The notes under the pieces: generated by a model
Seen by the model: the letters and a program-made list of their open reading frames with translations, nothing else
Databases searched by the model: none
What the model was told of the DNA's origin: nothing
In this document: one piece after another, positions 45,837 through 55,492 of the stretch
How the letters are laid out: each line of letters starts with the position of its first letter
How positions within the stretch are numbered: the stretch's first letter is position 1
Assembly (NCBI GenBank): GCA_038887295.1
Contig: JAWAKW010000001.1
Span: 100,795 to 164,794 of the forward strand
DNA length: 64,000 bases
Reading direction: 5' to 3'
From: Candidatus Anstonellaceae archaeon
GTDB lineage: Archaea; Micrarchaeota; Micrarchaeia; Anstonellales; Anstonellaceae
Program-made: the position numbers and the translations under genes

Positions 45837-45860
45837 GGCAAACTTCAGTTGCCTCTCTTC
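45837..45860 (+). other. 3' arm of the 23S processing stem, overlapping the end of the convergent CDS
   Basis: Perfect 24-bp complement of 42883-42906; 45845-45860 also encode KRGN-stop on the minus strand. Confidence 0.85.
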
Positions 45861-48800
45861 TTGCTTTCTTCTTCTAACTTTTTCCAAGTTTCTTCTGTCC
45901 TTCTTTCAAGAGAGGGTCTCCACAGCTCATTTCTTCTTTTTTCCAATTCATCTTTGATTTGTTGGCTGTGCGCATCTCTTTTCTCTTCCTTTATGCTGTT
46001 TATTTCCAATTTGAGAAATTCAATATTTTGTTCTATTTTAAGCTGTATTTTTTCAGCATCCTTTCTTTCATGTACAAACACATCAGTAACAGTTTTATAA
46101 TCCGTCAGAAATGGGCTCCTTCCAACCCAATACTGTGAAGTCTCAGCAAGCCTCTCATTTTCGTATGGTGTCCCTTTTCCAAAAATCAAATCTTTTTCAC
46201 TCGGGGCAGTGTAAAGCTCATATTCGGTGTCTTTGACAATATCTATCAGTTTCGATATTCTGTTATAGTTTTGCGGAGTAGCAACTTGGAGCTCTGAAGA
46301 AAGATCACCAACCACCTTTTTCAACTCAACTGCTTGCTGGGAAACTGCAGAAGAATACATCTCCTTCTTTATTCCTTCTTCAATATTTTTTTGAATAATT
46401 GAAAGCATCTCCTTATCATTCTTTTTCATATTTTCCTCCCATATCTTCTCTTTTTCATCAACAGACATCTTTTTGTAGTCTTCCCACAAAATAGATTTAT
46501 CTTCATCTCCGTAAAGGCTGATGGTTGGCGGAATGCTTACCTTGCTGGTCAAAATAGCATTCTGCTTCTCAGCAAAACTCGTGTAAGGCCGAAGGTCTGA
46601 TTTAAGTGCTTCCATGCTGTTTCGCATCTCTGTATTAAGAAGAATCAAGTCTTTGAACGGGTCCCAGCTTTTCTTATCCTCCCCAGGAACTTCTACTTGC
46701 TTTGTGACTTCTCTTGTTGCAGAAACAGTAATTGCATAATCATTACCATATAGTGTCTGTCTTATCATGCTTGTTTTTGCATTCCTGAATGTGAAATAAA
46801 TATTGTTCTCTTTGTACTCTTCCATGTTCAATAAGTTTCGCAGATTCGTTTCATTTGTTTTAGATATGTCAATTGTTTTAACTTTACCTTCATCAACAAG
46901 AATTCGAATGTACTTTATCTCATTTTTTATCGTATCAAAGCTTATTTTTCCTTCATCCATCATTTTAATTAGATCTTGTCCGGTTTTTGCGATAAAATCA
47001 GGCCGCTCGATTTTTACCTTTGCACCCTCATTCTCATAAATTTTGATTTGGTCATTTTCCTTAACTGCGACGTAAACCTTCCCTTCTTCCAATTGTACCC
47101 CATCAAAAGTTTTTTCGCGCCCAGTAAAAACAACCACTTTTCCACTGTTCAATATTTCGTTTACATTAAGTATTTTCATTTCACTTTCATCTTTTTTCTT
47201 ATATTTTTCATAATACTTACTGATATCTAACATTCTTTCAAGTCCATTCTGTGTGACAATCCCCACTTCTTTTCCTTTTATTTCATTGTTTAGTCCAGCA
47301 TTATTTGCAACTTCAGTCATAAGAGCAAAGGAAAGAAGAAGATTATATTTCCATCCAAATGTTGCGCCATAATGTTCAGTTGGAACGCTTATCTTTATTA
47401 CCACCTCTTTATTGTTGCTATCCTCTGCAGCATTTTTTATTTCAGTAAAAAGACCCGCATTTCTTGTACTTTCTACAAATTCTTTGATTTCTTTAGGATT
47501 TCTCAGAGTTGAAATATACTCACGTAGAACACTTTTAATTTCACTCGTAAAGGTTTCCGTTTTCGTTTCTAATTTCTTTTCCGCTCCCCCTCCTGTTTCT
47601 TTATAATGAATGGCATCAGCAACCAAACTTAAAGCTTCATTCAAACTTTTCTTTTGGCCTTCAAATTCTTGCTTTTGTTTATCTGACATATTTTCTACAA
47701 GTGAATCCACCCACATTATCCCATTTGAATTCATTGCAATTTTTCCAATCTCACCCATTATTTTTTCAGCTTTTTCAACATTAATTTCTTGCCCATATTT
47801 TTCCCTTAAATATGTGGTAGCGTTGTAATATTTAGAAAATTCTTCAGAATTTACTATGCCTTTTCGCATCTTCAAAGCAATTTCATAATCACAGTCTGCC
47901 AAATATACCATATTCTCTGCATATCTTTTTAGGTCATCAATCCACCCACTTAGTTTTTCACTCTCAATTAGATTTTTTGCCTCATTGAGCTGTTCTTGGC
48001 TGGCACCATATATCTTTTCTAGTAAAGAAAGCTCAAATTTAAGCTGCTCGACTTGCTCAGGATTATTTTTCATCTTTTCTTCATATTCAGCCTTAGCTTG
48101 CTCCAAAGCCTTTTTCCTCCCATCTTCGTTTATCTCCTGCGCTTTTGAAATATGATGTTCTAAGAATTTGATTCTCTGACCTACTTCAAGAAGATAAGCA
48201 ACGCTTTCCACTCTTTCTTTTGCAGTCCTTTCAACAACAAATGCCGTTTTTATATCTTCGGCATTTCCTTGTCTGAGAGCCTTATAAGTGTCATGAAGGC
48301 TTTCTACATAGGCTGCCATAGCAGCAAGCATTCTCTCGTCTGCGCCACCAATTGACAGTTTTGTGAAAATAGCCTGATTGTAGCGCCACCTGTTCTTCTG
48401 AAATTGGGCAACTTCTTTGTTGTCAGAAGAAAGAATAAGCTTATTCCCGCTGGCATCATATAACAAAAATCCTTCCTTACCACGTTTGTCCTTTTCCAAT
48501 TGTTCGATTTCCTCTATCTTTCCATTCTTGTCAATCAATAGCCCTTTACCCCATCTGGTTTCGATATACAAACATTCTTTTCCGTTCTTCTCAACAATAT
48601 TTCCATATATGATAACCGTATCTTTACCTTTAGAATAAAGCACAGTCTCTACTTCAGCATTTATAAGTTGAATTGCATTTTGAAAGATATTCAACCCCAA
48701 TGGAAGCCGCGCAGGCTCATTTATATATGCTGCAATAAGAAATGCATCCTTACCTATCAGATTTTCTATTTTCTTCACCAATTTTTCAATAAAATCTTCA

Positions 48801-50305
48801 CTTCTGCTCTTATTCCTAAATGCCAGCCACTCAAGAAAAATAGTAAAAAGTGTCTTTCTCCATTCATCAGATGAAAATGCTTTCAAATTTAACGATTCTC
48901 TCAAACCAAAAAGAAGTGCAGCTGCAACTCTTTTCAAAACTCCTGCGTTTTCACCTGCCCCAATAGATTCCATGAACTCTTTCATATCCTTTTCTAGTCT
49001 GTTAACTCTTTTTTGTTCTTCAGAACTGAGGCCCGTGAAAAAAAGTCGCACCGCTTCAAATATATCAGTTGCAGTTAAAGCTACAATTCCTGGTTTGGGG
49101 GGCAGTCGTTCGTCATCTTTGCTTCGTGTTTTTGATGGACCCTCACTTCCCTCTTTACCCTTACCTCCAACTTCAACTACTTGCTGCCTTTGAAGGGAAT
49201 GTACTAAATTTTTATTTTGTAGTTTATTTTTTGAGTTTTCAATTTTTTTCTCCAATTCAACGATCCTTCCCTCTACTTTCTGTATTGTTGAATTCAGCTT
49301 TCCAAGGCTTCCTTTCAAATCATTTAGCTCTTTCTTTTCATTATTGGTCAGATTTTGTTTGCTTTCAAGCTCTCGAATCCTATTTTCAACTTTATTTTTT
49401 GTATTTTGCAGTTCAGAAAGAGTTTTTTTGCCTTCGTCCAACTTAATCTGTGTTTTGTTTAATTTTTCTGCATCGGTCAACCCGCCAGCTGCAAAGTACA
49501 AATACTGAGAACTTGTTTGCAAAAATTCCATAGCCTTAGCAAGTACCTTTCCTATAAGCATGTTCAGCTGCCCAGTTATGCTGATTTTACCCCCACTGAA
49601 CGTATCAGCCATCTTGTCGAAGCCGATTATATATTGGATTATATCAAAGCTTTTTTGCTGAACTCTCATTGAGTATTGTCTGCCTCTTCCCATTCGCGGA
49701 GCAGAAAAATCAAAGAAAGAAAATGGATTTCTTCCTGCTGCAAATGACGCCCCAAGAAGAAGAGAAAAAATCAGCATGAGAGGCCAGCAAAGAGGAGCCA
49801 TATCCACAGAAGGCGTATTGCATATGTAAAATTCGTTGTGAGAAGGCAAGTAGTTCAAATACTGAAGTGGTACCTTTCTCGTGCCGCATGGTGGAACAGC
49901 AGTATAGGTTTGAGGAATTGAGCTTAATCCGCTTTTGTTTAAGCATTCTTTCGTGTTTGCATCAACAGGACAAAAAATATACCAATAATCAATACATCTT
50001 TGGGCATTCGGATTGTATTCGTGTACAACTTTCCCTTCACTATCTGTCACATCATAGCATACACTAGGGTTAGTAAGCGGATCATTTTGCATTCCAGATA
50101 AGTTCACACGATACACAAGCGCATTTTGGATTGGCATCTTGTCATAGTTTCCGCTTATATTGTAGACTTTGACAATTATCTTTCCATATGTTTCATCCAC
50201 TACTATGTCCATGTATGAAGGTGTTGGTGCAGGAGGGCAAATAGGAGAAGAGTTTGCAAAAACAACCATTGCAACCAATAAAAGCGCAACAAACGCTCTC
50301 GTCAA
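45845..50305 (-). CDS. giant membrane-anchored coiled-coil protein (1486 aa), unknown function
   Basis: TTG start with GAGGTG SD; signal peptide; Cys-containing ectodomain of ~150 aa; TM at ~aa 172-190; heptad-rich segment at aa ~278-365; long Lys/Glu-rich helical remainder. Confidence 0.85.
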   Translation of the reverse strand: MTRAFVALLLVAMVVFANSSPICPPAPTPSYMDIVVDETYGKIIVKVYNISGNYDKMPIQNALVYRVNLSGMQNDPLTNPSVCYDVTDSEGKVVHEYNPNAQRCIDYWYIFCPVDANTKECLNKSGLSSIPQTYTAVPPCGTRKVPLQYLNYLPSHNEFYICNTPSVDMAPLCWPLMLIFSLLLGASFAAGRNPFSFFDFSAPRMGRGRQYSMRVQQKSFDIIQYIIGFDKMADTFSGGKISITGQLNMLIGKVLAKAMEFLQTSSQYLYFAAGGLTDAEKLNKTQIKLDEGKKTLSELQNTKNKVENRIRELESKQNLTNNEKKELNDLKGSLGKLNSTIQKVEGRIVELEKKIENSKNKLQNKNLVHSLQRQQVVEVGGKGKEGSEGPSKTRSKDDERLPPKPGIVALTATDIFEAVRLFFTGLSSEEQKRVNRLEKDMKEFMESIGAGENAGVLKRVAAALLFGLRESLNLKAFSSDEWRKTLFTIFLEWLAFRNKSRSEDFIEKLVKKIENLIGKDAFLIAAYINEPARLPLGLNIFQNAIQLINAEVETVLYSKGKDTVIIYGNIVEKNGKECLYIETRWGKGLLIDKNGKIEEIEQLEKDKRGKEGFLLYDASGNKLILSSDNKEVAQFQKNRWRYNQAIFTKLSIGGADERMLAAMAAYVESLHDTYKALRQGNAEDIKTAFVVERTAKERVESVAYLLEVGQRIKFLEHHISKAQEINEDGRKKALEQAKAEYEEKMKNNPEQVEQLKFELSLLEKIYGASQEQLNEAKNLIESEKLSGWIDDLKRYAENMVYLADCDYEIALKMRKGIVNSEEFSKYYNATTYLREKYGQEINVEKAEKIMGEIGKIAMNSNGIMWVDSLVENMSDKQKQEFEGQKKSLNEALSLVADAIHYKETGGGAEKKLETKTETFTSEIKSVLREYISTLRNPKEIKEFVESTRNAGLFTEIKNAAEDSNNKEVVIKISVPTEHYGATFGWKYNLLLSFALMTEVANNAGLNNEIKGKEVGIVTQNGLERMLDISKYYEKYKKKDESEMKILNVNEILNSGKVVVFTGREKTFDGVQLEEGKVYVAVKENDQIKIYENEGAKVKIERPDFIAKTGQDLIKMMDEGKISFDTIKNEIKYIRILVDEGKVKTIDISKTNETNLRNLLNMEEYKENNIYFTFRNAKTSMIRQTLYGNDYAITVSATREVTKQVEVPGEDKKSWDPFKDLILLNTEMRNSMEALKSDLRPYTSFAEKQNAILTSKVSIPPTISLYGDEDKSILWEDYKKMSVDEKEKIWEENMKKNDKEMLSIIQKNIEEGIKKEMYSSAVSQQAVELKKVVGDLSSELQVATPQNYNRISKLIDIVKDTEYELYTAPSEKDLIFGKGTPYENERLAETSQYWVGRSPFLTDYKTVTDVFVHERKDAEKIQLKIEQNIEFLKLEINSIKEEKRDAHSQQIKDELEKRRNELWRPSLERRTEETWKKLEEESKKRGN

Positions 50306-50314
50306 ATCCCCACC

Positions 50315-53300
50315 TCACGATATTCTAGAACAGAATAAATGATTATTCGTTATAGGTATTTTAACATTACAATATTGAAGTACGCTAGTATCTGGTACCC
50401 TTCCACAATCAACCCCAACCTCCCCTCTTCTTGGGTATTGTATAAGTTCGTTCCTTTGCTTGATTGCTTCAATTTTGCTATAAGTATACCTTATCTCCGA
50501 GCCAGTTCTGGCATCGCTTGTATTAAGGCAGCATTTATCCTTGTTTGGCACTGATGCAAGTATGTCCCAATAATCATCTGAAATGTCAGAGTAATTCTTC
50601 AGAGCTTGAAATATCTCACCCATGCTGGTTTCAATTCTGCAGAAAAGATTACTTTGCCCAGGTTGCGGCGCAGGCATCTGGCTGCATCTTGTGCATGCAG
50701 AAAAGTTCACACACATTGCAGGACATCTGTAATATGAGTAGTTCGTCCATGTCGGATCAGGCATACTACATTTTTTGCTGTCTAGGCAGTAAAGCTGTGG
50801 CAAGTCTTCATCACCAGGCTGGTAATTGACATTAGGCATGCAATAGCCACTTGCAATATCCGCTTGGCTGCAAGGCTCGCATATACATGTTTTGTTTTCT
50901 GCATAAACTTTCTGTCCATAAGTCATCTTGTTTATACCCAAAATCTTCCTCGAGTGATTTTGCAAGGAGCAAAACACATCAGTCTTGCTTTGCATCCCAA
51001 GTCTTTCAAGAGTTAACTCGTTTGCAGAAATAATATCTGTTGTACCAGTTTTTACCCCCTTGTCCCAGTTCGGTTTGTTATAATCTACATAAATCCTTCC
51101 ATCCTTAGTCAGCCATGCATCGTATATAAGTCCAATTACTCCAGCATCCACCATATCTGCCTGATGGTCGAACAAGTAGCTGAGAAACTTATCAATATTG
51201 CAATTTGTATTCCTTTCAAAATGAAATCTCCATATAATCGAAGGGCGAGAATAATTTTTCAGAAAATTCCTGCTAATGTTCATTCGATAATTGAATTCCC
51301 TCTCTATCTTTTCTTCGTCGCTCACTCCTCCTTTGTTGCACTTCGGCACCCATTCTTGAAGCAGCAAATCAACATAGCCCGGATACTCGTCAGGGACAGC
51401 ATTTGCTATTCTCCACTCCCTCCCTCTTTCTCCGGGCTTGTAAAAGAAATCATCAAGGGTCGAATATACATCCGCTTCTCTCCCTTCTGGATCGCCCACA
51501 TCAATTGCAATAAGCGGTGGGTTCTTGCTTGTTTTCTTAAAGTAGACTGCAGTGTAGATGGTGAGGTTTTTTCCTCCATTAAGATATATTCTCTCATTAT
51601 TGGATGTTTTTTTAATATTCAAATATTCTGCAAGTTCCATGTTATATGCCCCATCCATAGACCAAATCGAGCCCCTTAAGCTTTCGTTTTTTATATGTGT
51701 CAGATTGGCTATAGCATAAATAACTGCACCATCTATGTATGGTATTTTTTTCGTCTGAGAAAACTTTATTTCAGGCCCATATTTAGTTTTAAGAAGACCT
51801 TCTATTATCATCATGTGCCATTCGACGGCCGAAAGATACGGACCACCTTCGCTTATATCCAAGATAGGCATGACTCCTGCTGCAAGATAGTCCCTCGTCT
51901 TTTGAACTACAAATGGAAGAGACGGTTCCATCATGAGTGGCGTATGCCATCCATGCTCAGAAGATGAAAATCTAAATTCCACATTCCTTTCTGGATCAAA
52001 CCAATTCCGCCCCCACCCATCGGTGCATATATACTCTGCAGTATGTCCATCAACTCTTTGGTCATAAAATCCTCTTCCTAACCAACCATCTTGGTCATTT
52101 CTTATTTTTCCTTCAACTACAAAATCTCTGCTTACAGGATTAATATCATAAGCATTATTTCTTGTACTTCTTCCGTCAGCCATCATTGTTGGGATTCCAC
52201 CATCTGAAGCAGTGTAATTATAATAGGCTCTAAAAGAATAGCAATTATATTTCCAAGGGCTCATTCCAAAGGTTATTTTTTGAACAGCTAAAGTTGCATA
52301 CGTGCAAGGTGCACACCAACCAAGAGTTCTCAGCTCAAGGTAAGGTGCTGTTGCTGCTTGTGGCACGTCGGTCAGTTTGCATCTTCCAATCGCCCCCTGC
52401 CCGTTGACCGTAGTAAAATCAAGATGATATGCAGAAACATAAACTCTCCAGCCTTCTTTCTGCACTTTTTGTCCTGCAGCGTTATACGTCTCTTGCGTAC
52501 ATAGAGGCGAATCAGTAGAAGGAATTTTAATTGACGGAGAATTTTTAGAATAAAGTTTTATGACGCCAGATGTGTCAATCATGCACATTTCAACCTGAAC
52601 AAATACAGAAGGATCTAAAGCAGCTTGCTGTATTTGGGCTTGTGAAAATAAAAGGTCTGTCCTCAACGGTTTGACATTGCAATTCTTCAAAAATTTATTA
52701 GATTCATTTGGCAGTGCAGGTCTTGAAGAGGCATATTTCTGTGTTATAACATATATTGCACCTTTTTGTGGATTTATTCGCCCATCCAATACTAAATTGG
52801 ACTTAGAAAGTTCAAAGCCAAATTCATTAATTGACTTATTAAAAGTGTTAACTACATAAAACGTCCCACTCCCCGCAAATCCATCTTCAACATAACCACA
52901 GTTTATTCTATCTAACCCTTCCCTTTCACATCCGCAATCAATTAACCCCGGACCCATAACGTCTTTGCAAGAAGTCCTTTTGTAAACTGTCTTATCACAA
53001 ACTCCAGATAAGCAATCGATATCACTTTCACATTCAAAATCAGAAGCCTTTTGAGGATCGGATATTTGTTTTCCTAATTGCTTCTCATAGTATTTGTTGT
53101 CAAGTTCAAGAGAAAATTGTCTATGTTGTTTCCACTTCATTCCTTGTCTATGCCCCTCAGTCGCATCACTCCAGAGACATTCTCTTGTACCTTCTTTATC
53201 TAATGGACACGTATAAGGTGCCTTATCAGCACAGTCATGATGGAGATTGAACGTTGATCCTTCAGCCCTCCAATTTTCTTGCTTGCAAGCTTCTTTATAT

Positions 53301-54385
53301 GTTTGGTCACAACTTGAAAAAAGATTGCACGAGCTTAGATAAGTATTTGTTCCGTATATATAATCTGCCTGAAGCACGCTTCGATATCTTGCGTCTGGCT
53401 CAAGGAAAGGGAATTTTTGGCTGTCGTTTGAGCAAGCGTCAGGGTCAGAAAGTATTTGACATTCGTTGAGGCAAGCCTTCTTGTCATCATAAAGAAATTC
53501 TGTGTCTATGCATCGGTATTTTTGGCCTGCGCTTATGGGATTGCAATCCTGTGGCGGGAGAAGTCCAAAGCAGTAGTTTTGGCATTGCTGTTGACTTGAG
53601 AAGTTTAAGCCGTTTTTGCTACAATGATAAGCAATGCCACTGTATTCCCCACACCATGTTGAAGGAGCATTCAAATAATTCATGAATCTATCTTTCCCTC
53701 CCGTTCCGGTAAGCGAACAGAATCTGTCAGATACTGGAAAGAAATACCTTGCCTGCTCAAAATCAGAATAACTTCTCCCAACTCCAAATCTAAACGAATT
53801 TACCCAAAGATTTGTCTTAGCTTGGCGCATCTGATTGTAAAGCCTCTGGTTCATCTCCTTGAATGCACAACTTGTGCCAAATAAGCCTCTGCCAGATAAA
53901 GCGTCTCCACCTGATGCAGAAATAGGGGCAGTCTTCTTGCTTTCATCAAAGTCGCTTGCAACCGGAGTAGGACCAACCTCAAATTTTGAGTATCCACATA
54001 CCATTGCAACACATTTTTCATTTATACATTTTGAAGGCGCCGGATCTGCGCAAATTGGAAATATTTTGTATGCAAGCCCACCTTGGCAAATAGACTGTGT
54101 TTCATTCCAGTAGCAGCTGCTTGTCTTGAGGCATTCTGTTTTTGTCAGGCTAAGGCACTGTGTTCCATCGGTGCAATTTGCAGCACCTTTAGTGGTTGTT
54201 GCAACATCGCAGCTTCCATACACTGTGCCATTAGTGAAATTGCAAATCGGATTTGCAAGCATAACCGAAGGATCTGAACCATTCAAATCAAATATATACT
54301 GTCGCTGGCAGCAGGGGACATATTCATTGCTCGTGCAACCCAAGGCAAGAAACAAGAATCCAATTAAAACTGCCCATTTTTTCAT
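50315..54385 (-). CDS. giant Cys-rich secreted/lipoprotein-like protein (1356 aa)
   Basis: MKKWAVLIGFLFLALGC lipobox-like signal; dense Cys in N- and C-terminal regions; many N-x-S/T sequons; no C-terminal TM. Confidence 0.85.
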   Translation of the reverse strand: MKKWAVLIGFLFLALGCTSNEYVPCCQRQYIFDLNGSDPSVMLANPICNFTNGTVYGSCDVATTTKGAANCTDGTQCLSLTKTECLKTSSCYWNETQSICQGGLAYKIFPICADPAPSKCINEKCVAMVCGYSKFEVGPTPVASDFDESKKTAPISASGGDALSGRGLFGTSCAFKEMNQRLYNQMRQAKTNLWVNSFRFGVGRSYSDFEQARYFFPVSDRFCSLTGTGGKDRFMNYLNAPSTWCGEYSGIAYHCSKNGLNFSSQQQCQNYCFGLLPPQDCNPISAGQKYRCIDTEFLYDDKKACLNECQILSDPDACSNDSQKFPFLEPDARYRSVLQADYIYGTNTYLSSCNLFSSCDQTYKEACKQENWRAEGSTFNLHHDCADKAPYTCPLDKEGTRECLWSDATEGHRQGMKWKQHRQFSLELDNKYYEKQLGKQISDPQKASDFECESDIDCLSGVCDKTVYKRTSCKDVMGPGLIDCGCEREGLDRINCGYVEDGFAGSGTFYVVNTFNKSINEFGFELSKSNLVLDGRINPQKGAIYVITQKYASSRPALPNESNKFLKNCNVKPLRTDLLFSQAQIQQAALDPSVFVQVEMCMIDTSGVIKLYSKNSPSIKIPSTDSPLCTQETYNAAGQKVQKEGWRVYVSAYHLDFTTVNGQGAIGRCKLTDVPQAATAPYLELRTLGWCAPCTYATLAVQKITFGMSPWKYNCYSFRAYYNYTASDGGIPTMMADGRSTRNNAYDINPVSRDFVVEGKIRNDQDGWLGRGFYDQRVDGHTAEYICTDGWGRNWFDPERNVEFRFSSSEHGWHTPLMMEPSLPFVVQKTRDYLAAGVMPILDISEGGPYLSAVEWHMMIIEGLLKTKYGPEIKFSQTKKIPYIDGAVIYAIANLTHIKNESLRGSIWSMDGAYNMELAEYLNIKKTSNNERIYLNGGKNLTIYTAVYFKKTSKNPPLIAIDVGDPEGREADVYSTLDDFFYKPGERGREWRIANAVPDEYPGYVDLLLQEWVPKCNKGGVSDEEKIEREFNYRMNISRNFLKNYSRPSIIWRFHFERNTNCNIDKFLSYLFDHQADMVDAGVIGLIYDAWLTKDGRIYVDYNKPNWDKGVKTGTTDIISANELTLERLGMQSKTDVFCSLQNHSRKILGINKMTYGQKVYAENKTCICEPCSQADIASGYCMPNVNYQPGDEDLPQLYCLDSKKCSMPDPTWTNYSYYRCPAMCVNFSACTRCSQMPAPQPGQSNLFCRIETSMGEIFQALKNYSDISDDYWDILASVPNKDKCCLNTSDARTGSEIRYTYSKIEAIKQRNELIQYPRRGEVGVDCGRVPDTSVLQYCNVKIPITNNHLFCSRIS

Positions 54386-55492
54386 TCAGCTCAGCCTCGC
54401 AATTGCCCTCATCAGTTCCCCCAAATCGCCGCCTAGCAAGGGCGTTGCAGACCTGATAAATATCAATGTTATTGCAAGAGCTACGAATGGGTAAAAGATA
54501 GAAGTGATAGTTATTTGATAGAGTAATTCTTTCCCTTGAGCCATCGCAAGCGCGTTCTCATCTCTTTCCGCACCAATTTGAAGAGCAGTGTTCAGTATCA
54601 CAGCTACTCCCCTAAATCCACTAAAGCACATACCTGCAAGCTTATCATCAAATTTCTTGTCATTGGCTTTGATAAATGTTGGGTCTGTCAAAACAAAAAA
54701 GGTCGGCCACACAAAGTAAAACCCAACCGCAATTGCAATCAACAATCCGCCAATTCCTCTTGTAAGTGGAAGTATCCTAAGCAAAAGGCCAAGAGGAAGA
54801 AACACCGCAAGCATATTTTTTTGTACATAATCAGCAAGGGCATACTGTGCATGCAAAGAAATCAAAAGGCCAACTATCTTATTGCAAAGAAGATGCGCCT
54901 CTTCAACTGCTTTATGCACAGCTAAATCCCAGTCCCAACACCATACAGGAAATCCGAAGATGCTTATGCAGGTTGAAGCAAGAGTCTCCTTTGCCTTGTT
55001 GGCCTTGAATATATTTGCATAATGTCTGTCAAGCGCACTTACTTTTTCTTGTATCTTGCATTTGAATGCGCCAATCGGCCCGCCTCCATAATCAGCAGTT
55101 TTCCAAATATAATATCTCCCGCCTGGCACAGCATTGCAGGCAACACTGCCACCCGTGCCTATTAATTGCTCCATTATTCCAAAAGCTCCATAGTTTGATA
55201 CTTCAAAAAGAAGTTCCACAACAAAAAGAATCATTAAGGAAGATGCAGAGACTTGCAGCATTTCGGTTTTAGCATACCTCTTGAGATTTTCTGCTTGAAG
55301 TGCATATCCTACCATATAAATCAAAATATTCAAAAACAAGCAAACTAGCAGTGCATACCAAGCTATCCCTCTCCATTCTCCTGATGCACCCATCTTGCTT
55401 TCGAATTTTGCTTTTTCAGATTCTGCTAAATTACTTACATCAATTGGATAAAGAAGTGAAAACAATGCAAATAATAAAAGTATTCTTTTCAT
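54386..55492 (-). CDS. CedA/VirB6/TrbL-like membrane protein, paralog 6 of tandem array
   Basis: IYMVGYAL...AKTEMLQ hairpin, FLPLGLLLRILPLTRGIGGLLIAIAVGFYFVWP core, LGGDLG tail. Confidence 0.7.
   Translation of the reverse strand: MKRILLLFALFSLLYPIDVSNLAESEKAKFESKMGASGEWRGIAWYALLVCLFLNILIYMVGYALQAENLKRYAKTEMLQVSASSLMILFVVELLFEVSNYGAFGIMEQLIGTGGSVACNAVPGGRYYIWKTADYGGGPIGAFKCKIQEKVSALDRHYANIFKANKAKETLASTCISIFGFPVWCWDWDLAVHKAVEEAHLLCNKIVGLLISLHAQYALADYVQKNMLAVFLPLGLLLRILPLTRGIGGLLIAIAVGFYFVWPTFFVLTDPTFIKANDKKFDDKLAGMCFSGFRGVAVILNTALQIGAERDENALAMAQGKELLYQITITSIFYPFVALAITLIFIRSATPLLGGDLGELMRAIARLS

Noticed and set aside
50306-54388. TGA readthrough or recoding fusing the 368-aa, 1356-aa and 1486-aa ORFs (both junctions are in frame)
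   Set aside because: Each downstream ORF has its own signal peptide, the last has a strong SD, and TGA ends conserved genes at their normal C-termini elsewhere (e.g. guaAB ...IEWE-TGA).
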